In this document: positions 38,172 to 52,089 of the stretch, piece by piece
How positions within the stretch are numbered: position 1 is the first letter of the stretch
Layout of the letters: every line of letters begins with the position of its first letter
Assembly: GCF_006345805.1 (NCBI RefSeq)
Contig: NC_043018.1
Location: 26,536,001-26,600,000 of the forward strand
Source of the DNA: Octopus sinensis
Lineage: Eukaryota
Reading direction: 5' to 3'
Length of the DNA stretch: 64,000 bases
Notes under the pieces: model-generated
Seen by the model: only the letters and a program-made list of their open reading frames with translations
Database searches by the model: none
Told to the model about the DNA's origin: nothing
Position numbers and translations under genes: made by a program

Positions 38172-39107
38172 ATCGAAAATCAGTTTTGTTCTCTAGTTTC
38201 TATTAAAAAGTGCCATTGGTAGGATTTGCAAGAGTTATGGTGTATTATTGGAATCTGTCGGAGTGCCAGAGAAACAGAATAAAGAAAAAGAAAATGTTTT
38301 TTGCGGTATTATTTCGTTGCCTTGCTTCCTCTCTACGTTCACAGTTTGATTCCTTAATGCTTAGACTTAAACCTTAAACCTTCTGTTGTTGACAAAATTT
38401 TAAGTGTTGGGGTTTGTGGCAATATAATCGTTAGCACCCCGGCGAAATGCTTAGCAGTATTTCACCTGCTGCTATGTTCTGAGTTCAAATTCCGCCGAGG
38501 TCGACTTTGCCTTTCATCCTTTCAGGGGTCGATTAAATAAGTACCAGTTATTCACTGGGGTCGATGTAATCAACTTAATCCCTTTCTTTGTCCTTGTTTA
38601 CCCTCTCTATGGGCAATAAAGAAATAAATATAATGGGTACTTGATATAAATGGGTGGGGGTGATGTTACTGATTGTTCCTCTCTTACATTATTTGACATT
38701 TGTTAGAAGTTACCATCACATATACAGTAAAGGTGCGTGGCTTAGTGGTTAGGCTGTTGCACTCACGATTGCGAGATCATGGGTTCAATTCCCAGACTGG
38801 GTGCTGCGCTGTGTTCTTGAGCAAAGCACTTCATTTCACGTTGCCCTGCAATCATTTCGACATCTGACATGTGGGCACCCAGTTGCACCTGCACAGGTAA
38901 TGTCAATCTCATGGAGGGAGTGAGCTTACGTTTACACAAACATCTGATCACTATAAAACAAATCCTCTGTGTGGTTGTTCGGCAAGAATTTTTCAAACCC
39001 TCATACATCGTCTAACGATGGGAGAGTCCATTATGTAAACACACACACATAAATACATACATTCATACATATATATATATATATACATGCACACATACAT
39101 ATATGCA

Positions 39108-39135
<28 letters not shown>
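37100..39135. repeat. Tandem duplication, unit about 1025 bp, each unit carrying two SINEs, bounded by (TA)n
   Basis: TCGAAAATCAG at 37148 recurs at 38173. The differences seen lie in homopolymer runs. Confidence 0.95.
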
Positions 39136-39141
<6 letters not shown>

Positions 39142-40513
39142 TCAAATGTAACAAACTACTCCAGATTGTTGTTGGAGTATCTGCAGAAATGGGGTCTAGA
39201 CCAGTCAGTTTGTACTGGCATCAGAATATCTCTACTGAGGAAGGTTTAGGTAATGGATGCATTTACATTTACCATTATATATTATGTGAACTTGAAACAT
39301 GCGTATCAAATGATTTCAATATACCACTAATTATTTTGACTTCATGTACATACCTACACATACACACATGCACACTTCAAGTTCACCAGCCCATACATAC
39401 TCTCTTATACACACGTACTAGCGCCTTCATTTTGGGATCACCACTACTTTATTATCTCCCCTTCTTCCTAGCTCTCCTGTGTGACCCTTCTGTCTGGCAT
39501 TCATCATGATAAATTACTAGCCACTATACATTCTTTATTTTCTCTCCTTTTTTCTTTCTGTGTTCCTTTCTTTGGAAGAGCATAGGCTTGAAAAATGAAG
39601 CCTTATGCCTAGATTAGAAATTGATATTACACACACACACAGCAATCTGGCAGAATCATTAGCATACCCGGGCAAAATGCTTAGCGGCATTTCATCTGTT
39701 TTTACATTCTGAGTTCAAATTTCACCATGGTCAACTTTACTTTTCCTCCTTTTGGTGGGGGGGGGGGTGAAAATAAGTACCAGTTGAATACTGGGGTCGA
39801 TGTGATGGACTTTCCCTGCCCCCACCACGAAATTGCTGGCCTTGTGCCAAAATTTTAAATCACTAGTACACACACGCACACACTTGTTTTCGTGCATGCA
39901 TGTGTATGTGTGTGTGTGAGAGGATGTGTGGGCTATTAGTTAAGGCGTTGACCTCACAATCCTAAGTCGTTGGCTCAATTCCTGTACTGAGTGACCAGGA
40001 GTGCTTCTGAGCTCGGCTCTACACTTCACATTCCTCCTGCCTGTTCAACTGACAAAGCGTACATTAAGCCAAGTGCTGGCACAACCCCATCAACCCCATC
40101 TTACCCCCAGTAATCAGATCTTTGATGATCCACTGCATCAAGGCTGGAAGCACTGGGAAGGGGTCACTGGTTGTCCCTACATAAGCACCTAAAGCTATGA
40201 GCAATCACATGCAACTAACTACCAAATCATACTCACAAATGACTGATTGTTATCCTTTCTATACATGGGCTGGTTTCTTCCCCTGTCAGCATATTGTGTA
40301 TACATTTGCGCTCTTCCTACAGCACAAGGAGGATCTTACTCCTATTTCTAGCAATGTAGGTGTTTCATTATCCTTAGTCACATTTAGTGACAATTGAATT
40401 CTTCGTTTTGGTATTATGTTGCACCCAGTTGTTTATATTAATTTTAGATGTGGGCTGCACCACAGTCAAGTGACTGACACAAGTAAAGGAATAAAAGAAT
40501 ATATATATATATA

Positions 40514-40545
<32 letters not shown>

Positions 40546-40614
40546 TTACTGTATGGGCCAAAAGTCATGCACCAAAACATTTGACATTTTATTTATATTG
40601 TATTGTTATTATTA

Positions 40615-40646
<32 letters not shown>

Positions 40647-41357
40647 TATTTTGTTCATCATGTACAACTACATGTCTGTTCATCATTATTTCATTTAGAT
40701 TTTAGAGAAATTGAAGCTGAAATGTGCAATATACATATATTAAAGGAGTTTTATGCTGGTGCATGACTTTCGGCCCGCCCTGTGTCTTTGTGTGTGTGTG
40801 TATAGACAGTAGCATAGCTGTGTGGTTAGAGGTTTGCTTCCCAAGAACATGGTGCTGAGTTCAGTTCTACTGTGTGGCACCTTGTGCAAGTGTCTTCTAC
40901 TACAGCTCCAGGTTGATCAAAGCATTGTGAGTGAATTTGGTAGATGGAAACTGTAAGAATCCCATCATGTATATGTGTATGTATATATATATTTACATAT
41001 ATATATATATATATATGACAATTGTGATCTCTTTTAATAGAAAAGTTTCTGGAGAACCCTCTTTCTCATTGAGTCTACTGGGTGATAACTTACTGGTGGA
41101 ACTTATGCTGCAAGTGCCAATGTTTGATTCTTGATTCTTGACAAAGTGAAGTGTAGCAAACAAATTTCAATTTTCGATTGATGCTATCATATCCTCCATA
41201 TTTTCCACTCCTTCTCACTCCAGTTCTTCCCAAATTAAAAAGCAATTATCTTCTTCGCATTTCAAAATGCTGAGAAGCTACTTGCTTTTTTAACTGTGGA
41301 TTTCATCGTCATTTTTATCTGCTAATGATTATTTGTTGGAGTAATTTCGTTAAGATA

Positions 41358-41770
41358 TGAGGTCCATTCAAAAAGTTTCAGAACTGTTACTATAAACAGA
41401 AAAATACAACAGATATCAATTTGGCATTTAATCTCCTTCGATGTAGTTTCCTTCTGAAGCCTCACACTTTATCCCGTGTTGTTTCCATGAATGGATGAAT
41501 TCCTGGTGGGGATAGCAAGCAGTTGCCTCATCACATTTCCTCAACATCTTGAAATCTTGTTGGGCGGGTCTTCCATTGCAAAAATTGAGCCTTGATTTTG
41601 AAGTCATAGATCCATAGATCCATGATTTGTCACTTGGAAGTGAGTGAGAACATTATAGCTTTGTGTGCATGTACATCAGAGTTCAAGGTCAATTTATGCC
41701 AAGCAGCTTCACTCTGCAGACCTTTCTTCTGTTACCATAGCAACAGTTCCAATATTTCATGAGTCCTCAT
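41358..41770. mobile_element. Degenerate mariner-like MITE
   Basis: TA-TGAGGTCCATTCAAAAAGTTTCAGAACTG ... CAGTTCCAATATTTCATGAGTCCTCA-TA imperfect TIRs. Confidence 0.55.
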
Positions 41771-41808
41771 ACAGGAGTATCCATATGTTTTAGTATGTGT
41801 GTGTATGC

Positions 41809-41854
<46 letters not shown>

Positions 41855-42367
41855 TTTGGACTAATAGGTATTTGTCGATCAGTGTGTTGAAGTATTGAGT
41901 AGAATACTGGCACACTCTGGGTTCCCTGGTATTATCTGCAGTCAGGGTATATTTCCTGATGGGTCAAAACTGTCATATGAAATGAAGATTAATACCAAAT
42001 CCATCATCTGGTTACTTAAGAATTATTTATATATATATATATATATATATGCCAGTACCGTCTGACTGGCCCTCATGCCAGTGGCACGTAAAAGCACCCA
42101 CTACACTCTTGGAGTGGTTGGCATTAGGAAGGGCACCCAGCTGTAGAAACTCTGCCAGATCAGATTAGAGTCTGGTGCAGCCATCTGGTTCGCCAGACCT
42201 CAGTCAAATCGTCCAACCCATTAAACGATGATGATGATAATGAGATATATATATATATATATATATAAGTTCAGCAAAATTTAGATTCAGATGACTATGG
42301 TACTTAAGTTAAAGGCACTAGAATTTCGTATGGTATTATCCATATAAATCAAATGGGGTGATTATAA

Positions 42368-42475
42368 TCAAAATAAGCAACAAAGATATCCAAGGTAGTG
42401 TAGTACAATCGTTTCATGAAGTAGCATGAAACGATTGTACTACACTACCTTGGATATCCTTGTTGCTTATTTTGA
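42368..42475. repeat. Near-perfect 51-bp-arm palindrome containing the 3' half of a hammerhead-like motif
   Basis: TCAAAATAAGCAACAAAGATATCCAAGGTAGTGTAGTACAATCGTTTCATG-aagtag-CATGAAACGATTGTACTACACTACCTTGGATATCCTTGTTGCTTATTTTGA. Confidence 0.9.
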
Positions 42476-42535
<60 letters not shown>

Positions 42536-42829
42536 TACAGATATATACATATACAGAGATATACTCTCATCCACAGAGGTAGCCATATATATCTCCTTTG
42601 TAGCAAGACCCCTCTGCTTGCCCCTCTGTCATACTTTAGCCTCTCAATGTAACCTCTCTAGTGTTGGTAGTATGTAAAAAGGGGTTGGTGTTAGGAAGGG
42701 CATCCACCCATCAAAGCCATGCCAAAGCTGACATTGGAGCCTGGCGTAACCCTGCAGCTGGCTAAATCCTGTTAAACCATCCAATTCATGCCAGCATGGA
42801 AATGGACGTAAAATGATGCTGGTGATGAA

Positions 42830-43200
42830 GATATATACAGGATTATATAACTGCATGAGTATGTAACTGTGGTAGGCTTCTCATGTAAGATAGTATACAT
42901 ATGATAGTTGTATAATACACAAGTATCTCACTGCGATATTATTATGATGCAGGAGTATCGGCACATGATAGTTTTAGGACATAAGAGTATCTAGCTGTAA
43001 GAGTATTGGGATACAGGAATATCTGTATGTGATATATTATGGATATCGTATCTGTCTGTGATATGATATAATGGAGTATCTGCCTGTGATATTATGATAC
43101 AGGAGTGTCCAGATGTGAAAGTACTACGGTACAGGTGTATCTGTGTATGATTGTTATAACCCAGGAATACCTGTACATAGCAATGCTATGATGCAGGATT
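42830..43200. repeat. Degenerate minisatellite, unit about 29-32 bp (GATATTATGATACAGGAGTATCTGCCTGT-like), about 11 copies
   Basis: Recurrent GATA...TATGATACAGGAGTATC motif. Confidence 0.75.
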
Positions 43201-45478
43201 AACACAGCAAGCTAGCAGAGTTGTAACTGTGCCGGGTAAAATGTTTGTGGCATTTTGCCTATCTTTACATTCTGGGTTCAAATCCTGCAGAGGTTAACTT
43301 TGCCTTTCAACGTTTCGGAGGTTGATAAAATAAGTACCAGTTGAATACTGGTGGGGGGGGGGGTCAATGTACTTGACCTTTGTCCTGGAATTGCTGGCTT
43401 TGTGCCAAAATTTGAAATTAATATTATGATACAGGATTGGGAGCAGATCATCTTTTTTTTTTTGTTACTCTCATTTGTTTTGCTGCCCCTTTTTTTTTTT
43501 TTGGCACACTCCCGACTCCCTGTTGCCTTTGGCAGCAGTGGCTAGCATGATTGTATCAACAATGTGGTAGAGAGACTAGAGAAACTGTCTGAATCCTCAA
43601 TTATAAGTAAATAGATACCAAACTGGTACTTATTTTATCGACCCTGAAAGCAGGAAAGGCAAAGATGATTTCAGTGTAATTTGAACCCAGAACATAAAAA
43701 TGGTCGAAATGCCACTAAGCGTTTTGCTAACAATTCTGCCAACTCACCACCTTATTGTCTCCTGTAATATTAACCAAATAATATGTTAATATCTCCTGTA
43801 ACTTTAATTAGTTACTGTTTTCTGTGATATTAACTAAAAGATATTAATTCATATCTGCTAAGCAAAAGGATTTCAGATTGATTTTTTTTTAAATCTTTTT
43901 TTTTTTTTTTAATCAATATTTAATGAATGTTGTATGATTTTGTGTAAGATATTGAAGTTTCCCTAAATATAAACATGCAATGAATTAGCACCGAAAAGAA
44001 TTTTTGACAAGAAATTATTACCTTTTGAATCCCGTGTAATCAAGGAACCTTTGTAATTGCGAGCAGGTAGGTGAGGGAAGAGTACACTGATGTGACTTAT
44101 GACATTTGTGAAGTGAAGTGAACCAATGTATAAGCTGCTGTGTCATAAGTCAACAAGCTTATGACATAGCAAAGAAATTTTCCACTACCCACCCACCCAC
44201 CACCACCATCAGTGTAAATAAGGAAAGGTGGTATGATGTGATGGTCAAGATCTGAACATCTTTCATTCTAGGTTTGTATATTGACCAGTCCTTTGTCTGT
44301 CCTTGTTTGTCCCCTCCATGTTTAGCCCCTTGTGGGCAATAAAGAAATAAGAATTTAGGACAACCTTATGAAAACTACTGAAAAATTTCTTTTTTGAAGT
44401 TTTGTGGTAGTCTTTTAGTGCTTCAACATTAATTTTAATCATATAGGAAACAGGGGTTTTGCCTTGCTCCCTTAATATAATTATATATATATATATATAT
44501 ATATATACATACATATTAGAGGGAAGCCACTATGTGGACACCCTTATGCTAGAAATAGATCCGCTATGGTCTTACCACTAAGAAATGTTCTCAAGAAAAA
44601 ATTTAGCAAAACAACCAAAACGTAATCGGGCAAGACAAAAGAAAAAGCAATAAAAATATGGATTATTCGCATACATGTTTCACTATTAACATATTTAATT
44701 TTCTCACCCTCATTTTAAATTTAAATTTATATATATACATATATATATATATATATAATTATTAATTTAATAAATACATTTATATATATTTTAGTTTGGT
44801 TGAGTCAGCCTCTTGCAGTTCTGAGTTTCACATGTGAGTGCACAGGATCTTCAGGCAATTTATAGCTGAAGAAATATATACACATCTGTATATAGGATGC
44901 CTCTCGTAGGGTATGATGGTGGCGGGGCATTAAGATAAAGGAGGGTGGAGAAGTAAGAAAAAAAATCAAATACTCATACACAAACACACGCTCTATGTGT
45001 GTGTGTATGTGAGAGATAGTATGTGTGTGTCAAATGCTAATACATCACGGCGATCACCAAATGTTACAATCGCTTGTGTGTAATAATGTTGCTCAAACTT
45101 AAAGAATCCTTAGAATTCATCCAATATTACAGCAATTTTTGTTGCTTTCTTATTCTTGTAAAAGTTAGGTATTTGAAGTGTCAAGGCTTATTAACAGGTA
45201 TTAGAAAGTTGAATAAAGAAGAGATGCTTTAAGTAGTGTAATCCATGAGGTACAAAAAGACAAGGGTGGATGGTCATGGCTAGGATTTTTTTTTTTTTTT
45301 TGTAATGAAGGATGATCTGAGATTAAGTAACATCAGAAACAGTAATCACTGCAAAATGTTAGATTAGCCCTTTTGATGCCAACCTACCTAAAACTGCATC
45401 TGACTCTATGATAAAAAGAACTTCCTGCTCTAAAGTGAAATTAATTTTCTAAAATCTTCCATCAAAATTTCATATTAA

Positions 45479-45665
45479 CCCTTTTGTTACCATATTCCTG
45501 TTGAGATACTCTGTGTTTCTTTCAACTATTTTAAATATAATGAAGAATTTAGTAAAATAACTTAGTTATCATTAAGCTAGTGTTAGGATCATAAATCGTG
45601 ACTAAGGTTTGGTGGAAGATTTTAATTCAAAACTTATGGAAACAAGACATTTGGTAACGAAAGGG
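45479..45665. mobile_element. piggyBac-type MITE family A (other copies 46936-47156, 47188-47408, 49557-49777, 58164-58383)
   Basis: TTAA-CCCTTTTGTTACC...GGTAACGAAAGGG-TTAA with a shared body; copies occur in both orientations. Confidence 0.85.
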
Positions 45666-48539
45666 TTAATTAATGTTCCAAACACTAGCTTAATAATTCA
45701 ATAATGAGTTATTTTACAACAATTTAATAATTTAAGTTATTTTACAACAAGCAAAGTAGCTAGTTAGAAAGTCTCTATAAGAAATGAAAGTAGCAGCTAT
45801 ACCGAGAAGTAATGTTTGTCACCACTTCAACATGGCTCTTTGACATTACTACCATTTTTTAACCCCAGGAAGAGTCTCCTCCAGCTGGTTCTTCATTATT
45901 TACAAAATTGTCACAAAAGCGGTGCATTTCAACAGAAATATCATAAGAAAATAGTTAGTTAACAAATATTCTTTGAATTTGACCTGTGATAGAAAGAAAT
46001 CTCCTCCTCCGAAGGAGATTTCTTTCTCAGCTTTTAACACCAAGAATATCCATCTAGCCCTAAAGGATATTTTACAATTATTCAATAAAGGTTGACTACA
46101 GTTGGAATCGATGGATATTTAGGATGAAGATGGTACAGCACTGAACTAAATGCTTCAGGTCATGAACATTTTATTCCCAAGTTTTTTTAAGTTATTAAAA
46201 AAAATTTTTTTGTTTTTTTTTCGGTTAAATTCAAATATGAAATAATACAATTTATACATGTGTAAGTGTGGTATACATGTGCTATGGTGTGATGTGGGCA
46301 CTGTTGATCTTCTAATCAAAACAAGTTAACGATGTTTCCATTAGTTTTCAATTGCAGAACTGTTGCTCTTCTGTTGCTAGGATGGCATGAGGTGGGACTT
46401 GAACTCAAAATGCACAGAACTAGAAACAGCTGGCATAAACTATCTTGACCGATGCTCTAACAAGTCTGTCAATCTATCATCTCAGACTTATCGACCCTTG
46501 AAAAGATGAACAAAGTTGACCTCAGTCTGTTTTCGACCCTTTAGCATTCAGAGTTCTCTGTCAAATGTAATGCTTATTTGTTCACATTGTTTTTGAATTA
46601 ATCATCCATTATCTCATAGCTTTGAGATTTCCATGATGTCAGTGTTTATTTTTAGAATGACATTGTAGGGTAGGTGTGAGAGGCTAGATCTGGCTTCTTC
46701 CAACATAAAATAGGTAGAATATTTGAGCCTGGTATGGCCGGTTTATAATGACATGCTGAAAAGTTCCTGACTTTGGACAAAAGAAAATACAGGAGGATCA
46801 GTTTATTATGGTTTTATTCGACATATTCCCCACTCAGATTCACACACTTATTGCAGCAGCCCTTCAGTTTTTCTAAGCCTTGTAAAAGAACTTGGAAAGT
46901 TGGGCCTCCAATCAGCCCTTTTGTGATGCCCTTAACCTTTTTGTTACTGTATTCATTTGGAGATGCTCTGTGTTTCTTTCAATTACTTTAAATATAACAA
47001 AGAATGTAGTAAAATAACTTAGTCATCATTCAGTTAGTGTTAGGAACATAAATTGTAACTAAGGTTTGGTGGAAGATTTTAATTCAAATCTTATGAAAAC
47101 AAGACACTTGTACCACAGAGCCAGAGGCAGTTTCAGGCGGGTTGGTATCAAAATGGTTAAGAATTGCTTCTCTATTATATATTTTAACCCTTTTGTTACC
47201 ATATTTCTGTTGAGGTGCTCTGTGTTTCTTTCAATTAATTTTAAATATAACAAAGAATTTAGTAAAATAACTTATTTATCTTTGAGCTAGTGTTAGGAAC
47301 ATAAATTGTGACTAAGGTTTGGTGAAAGATTTTAATTCAAAACTTATGAAAACAAGATATTTGTACTCAGAGCCAGAGGTGGTTTCAGCCAGGTTGGTAA
47401 CAAAAGGGTTAAAGCTAGGAAATTTTCAACAGTTCCTTGTAAATGTTAAAGGGTTAAACTCAGATTGCAGTGAGCCAGAACAGGCTCTGCAAGGGATTCC
47501 ATCCAATGTTCTAATGATTCCACTAATCAGCCTTAAATTCTTACATGCATGCAGATGTATATACATTAATCAATTAATTAATTAGTTTAATGTTATGCAA
47601 ACATGCAAACTTAATTATCATAACTGCTTCAATGTCCACATAGTGCCAAAACATCATCTTTTTTTTTTTTCAAATGTTCAGATATGATAACATTAGTTTC
47701 ATTGTGTACAGAATAAATTATGCAAATTATGTAAATTGTGATATAATAAATATTTAATGTGATAATTCTTTAATTACAACGTTCTTTTGTAACGACGCTC
47801 CTATCCAACGACGCTCCTATAATGTAGGGTTGCCATATATCTCCTCTTTGGCATGGCATTCATGCTTGCCTTTCTCTATTATACTGCAGCCTTTCAACGC
47901 CAGTATAAATCCACCTTCATCTTTCAAATACTAACCGTTCACACACACATACACGAACATACATACATACACTTCGTAGTGGGAGCTTTTTCATTTTTCC
48001 TTTACCCCCCCCCCCCCCACCGTTGTTCTTTTTCTATGTTGAAAGTTCCTTCAGTCTCCTACACTAGTGCTGGTGACATGAAAACGGCAACCAATGCATA
48101 GTGTAATGTGGTTGGCATTAGGAACGGTATCCAGCTGTTAGAAAACCATGCCAAAGCTGACATTGGAACTTGGCACCACAGCCCTGCTGCTCATCAGATC
48201 CTGTCAAAAAAATCCAACCCAGCAAGGCCACAGTCAAATGACTGAAACAAGGGAAAGAATAAAAGAATACACATGTATATATCATCATTGTTCTAACGTC
48301 CAATTCTCCATGCTTGCATGGGTCAAACAGAATTTGTTGAGGCAGATTTTCTACAGCTGGATGCTCTTTCTGTTGCAAACCCTCATTTGTTTTCAAGTAA
48401 AGTGATATTTCCCCATAGCTAGACATGTTCTTCATTGCAAAATGGAAGCAAACAAACTCACTTCTATAGCAGTGATGCCCATTTACAACCATCATATGAT
48501 ATATATATATGTATAAATCGAAATCAAAATCAAAGTGAA

Positions 48540-49062
48540 ATTCGATGACAGGCACAAGCAACATACAAGTGTGATCGTTGACAGAGAGGCTAACTGGCTT
48601 CTGTGCCAGTGGCACATAAAAGGCATCATTTGAGTGTGATCATTACCAGCCTCACCTTACTGGCACTTGTGGCCCGTGCTAGTAGGGTGCTAAGAACACC
48701 ATCCGAGCATGATCGTTGCCAGAGTGGCTAACTGGCTTCCATGCTGGTGGCATGTAAGAAGCACCATTCGAGTGGGATTGTTACCAGCATCGCCTTACTG
48801 ACACCTGTGCCATTGGCATGTGTAAAAAGATTCAAGCGAGATCGTTGCCAGTACTGCCTGACTGGACCCCGTGCCAATGGCACGTAAAAGCACCCACTAC
48901 ACTCTCGGAGTGGTTGGCGTTAGGAAGGGCATCCAGCTGTAGAAACTCTGCCAGATCAAGACTGGAGCCTGGTGCAGCCATCTGGTTCACCAGCCGTCAG
49001 TCAAACCGTCCAACCCATGCTAGCATGGAAAGCGGACGTTAAACGATGATGATAATGATGAT
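48540..49062 (+). mobile_element. SINE-like element with internal tandem GTGCCAGTGGCACGTAAAA units and (GAT)n tail (also about 42050-42240 +, 59390-59580 +, 56899-57215 -)
   Basis: GGCACGTAAAAGCACCCACTACACTCTCGGAGTGGTTGGCGTTAGGAAGGGCATCCAGC...CCAACCCATGCTAGCATGGAAAGCGGACGTTAAACGATGATGAT. Confidence 0.75.
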
Positions 49063-49210
49063 GATATATATATATATATATATATAAACACACACACATA
49101 TACATACATGCATATACATACATATATATATATATATATGTGTGTGTCCAACCCATGCCAGCATGGAAAACAGATGTTAAACAATGACGGTTATATAATA
49201 TATATACGTA

Positions 49211-49268
<58 letters not shown>

Positions 49269-50230
49269 ATATTTTAATGTTTGTCTTTGTTTAGCTGTAA
49301 TAAAAACAATTTTATATTAATCTGAAGGATCACTCTATACTTTTGTAGAGTACAAATTTATTATCCTTACACAGAATGTTGTTGACAGTGACCTTGAAGT
49401 TTCAGCCAGCTAAGCCATTGTCAGACTGCTGACAGTTTGATGATGGCTTAGCTACATCAGCCACCTGTCTCTTGAGCCAGGCTCCTGATGGTTCCTCAGC
49501 CTGTTTAAAATAGCAGCCAGATCTCATCTCCCTCAAATCACACTTTATTACCTTAACCCTTTCGTTACCAACCTGGCTGAAACCGCCTCTGGCTCTGCTG
49601 TACAAATGTCTTGTTTTCATAAGTTTTGAATTAAAACCTTCCATCAAACCTTAGTCACAATTTATGTTTCTATCACTAGTTTAATGACAACTAAGTTATT
49701 TTACCAAATTCTTTGTTATATCTAAAATAATTGAGAGAAAAACAGAACATCTCAAAATAAATTCAGTAACGAAAGGGTTAATAAAAAAAACAGGATAATG
49801 TAGCTGTAGATTTTCTGCATCTGGAAAACATGGTATGGTCATGGCTGGAACCCCTTTAATCTCAAGTCACCTGCTGAATTAGGACTGCCCTGGAGTTAAA
49901 TAACAGTCTATATAAAGAATGTAAGATCATCTGTTGAGAATTAAGTGTCTCAGAAACCAGGTCTGCTCTGAGATTATGATCAACAGTGTTAAAATCATGA
50001 CCATCCCATGTCATCATTTAATGTCTGTTTCCGATGCTGGCATGGGTTAGGTGGTTTGAATGGTGTGGGTTAGGCGGCGAGCTGGCAGAAACGTTAGCAC
50101 ACCGGGCGAAATGCGTGAGTTCAAATTCCACCGAGGTCGACTTTGCCTTTCATCCTTTCAGGGTTGATAAATTAAGTACCAGTTATGCACTGGGGTCGAT
50201 GTAATCGACTTAATCCGTTTGTCTGTCCTT

Positions 50231-50585
50231 GCTTTGAGCCATTTCTTCACTATAGTTTTCACTTCCTCGTCACTGGAATAATGTTTGCTTCTCAAGCCCC
50301 CTTTCGTGGCGCCAAAGAGACGATAGTCTGAAGACGCCAAATCTGGTAAGTGTGGAGGTAGTGAACAAGTTGCTCAAAGAACAGTCAACAGAATTTTACG
50401 GGGCTGGGATACATGCTCTCATTTGAAGGTGGAACATTGCTATTGAGAGAAATGGTGACTATGTTGAGAAGTAGGGATGTGATCCACAGAGGAACAGCTT
50501 CATTTTGATGCATGATACATGTTCCAGTGTTGGTAATTATACGTGTCCTAAACAAAATGGCATTACTTTTTGACTCACCCCCGTA
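50231..50585. mobile_element. mariner (DD34D) transposase 3' remnant with an internal inversion
   Basis: Minus strand 50231-50360 gives PDLASSDYRLFGATKGGLRSKHYSSDEEVKTIVKKWLK. Plus strand from 50373 gives LKEQSTEFYGAGIHALI*RWNIAIERNGDYVEK*, followed by a TIR ending ...GACTCACCCCCG-TA. Confidence 0.8.
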
Positions 50586-50623
<38 letters not shown>

Positions 50624-51194
50624 CATATATATACACACACATACATACTTACAAACACAGATATACATATATAGATATACATACAACATCATCAATGTTT
50701 AACATGTGCTTTTCTTGCTGGCATGGGTTGGTGGAGTTGCAACAGTCGAAACATATTCAGAGCTACTGCTCGCCTAGACAAGGATAGTATCTTTCTCATG
50801 TGCTTCATTTTGTGCTTGCTTTCTACAGCTGGATGCTTTTCCTAACCCTAACCACTCTACAGACCACTGGATACCTTTATTGTGGCACCAGCACTAAAGA
50901 GGTAGTTAAGTCCTCAACATGACTAAAGGAACTTTGTCTGTTTGCTTGCCAATTTCTTAACAAAGTGGACAGCATGAATGATAGTGGCATGAAAGAGGAG
51001 TAAATGATAGTACTAGGCGATGAGAAGGACCTGTGATAGGAAGCAGATAGAGCTATTAGACCGTTTTTTGGTTTGGAACAGTCGAAGGGTTTTTCAACCC
51101 CAAATTTACATGCTATACTCATAGCTTTCTGCTTTTATATTCCAAAAAATTATTATTTCACATTCTTTTGAAAGGTTATAAATTATTATGATGT

Positions 51195-51197
<3 letters not shown>

Positions 51198-51242
<45 letters not shown>

Positions 51243-51247
51243 GTGTG

Positions 51248-51291
<44 letters not shown>

Positions 51292-51679
51292 GTATGTATG
51301 TGTATAATATATGTATGTATGTATGTGTATATATGTATGTATGTATGTGTATATATATATGTATGTATGTATGTGTATATATATATGTATGTATGTATGT
51401 GTATATATATGTATGTATGTATGTGTATATATATATATATGTATGTATGTATGTGTGTATATATATATGTATGTGTGTATATATATATGTATGTATGTGT
51501 GTAAATATATGTATGTGTATATATATATATGTATGTATGTGTATATATATATATGTATGTATGTGTGTATATATATGTATGTATATATATATATATGTAT
51601 GTGTATATATATATATGTATGCATATATATATATATATATAGATAGATGTGTATGTATATATATATGTGTGTGTGTATG

Positions 51680-51713
<34 letters not shown>

Positions 51714-51760
51714 GCATCATACACACACACATGTATACACACTTGTGTGTGTGTGTGTGT
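51198..51760. repeat. (TA)n/(TATG)n/(TG)n compound microsatellite
   Basis: Direct reading. Confidence 0.95.
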
Positions 51761-52022
51761 CAATCTATTGACCATGTCAGACAAGGATGTAAAACAGCAA
51801 AAGTTGTTTTTTTTAAAACTGCAATAGTGGGAGGGGTTTGTCTGAATGAAGTTTAGTAGAGTATTTGTTCTGCACCGAGTTACATACACTCCCTTGTCAC
51901 TCTTGCCATGCATTGAATCAGTGATTGACCCACTCTGTATCTATAACCAATGATAACGTTTGTTCATCAGTCATCAGTCATTGTATGATAAAGAAAAAAA
52001 GTGGTATGTCAGGTTAAATGAA

Positions 52023-52072
<50 letters not shown>

Positions 52073-52089
52073 CATCATTGTCATAGAAA

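Noticed and set aside
42830-43200. Repeats with about 30-bp periodicity as a CRISPR-like array
   Set aside because: Eukaryotic context, degenerate contiguous units without unique spacers, and no cas genes; it is a minisatellite.
50930-51120. Coding-like fragment (…[25 protein letters not shown])
   Set aside because: In-frame stops, no splice context and no recognisable family.
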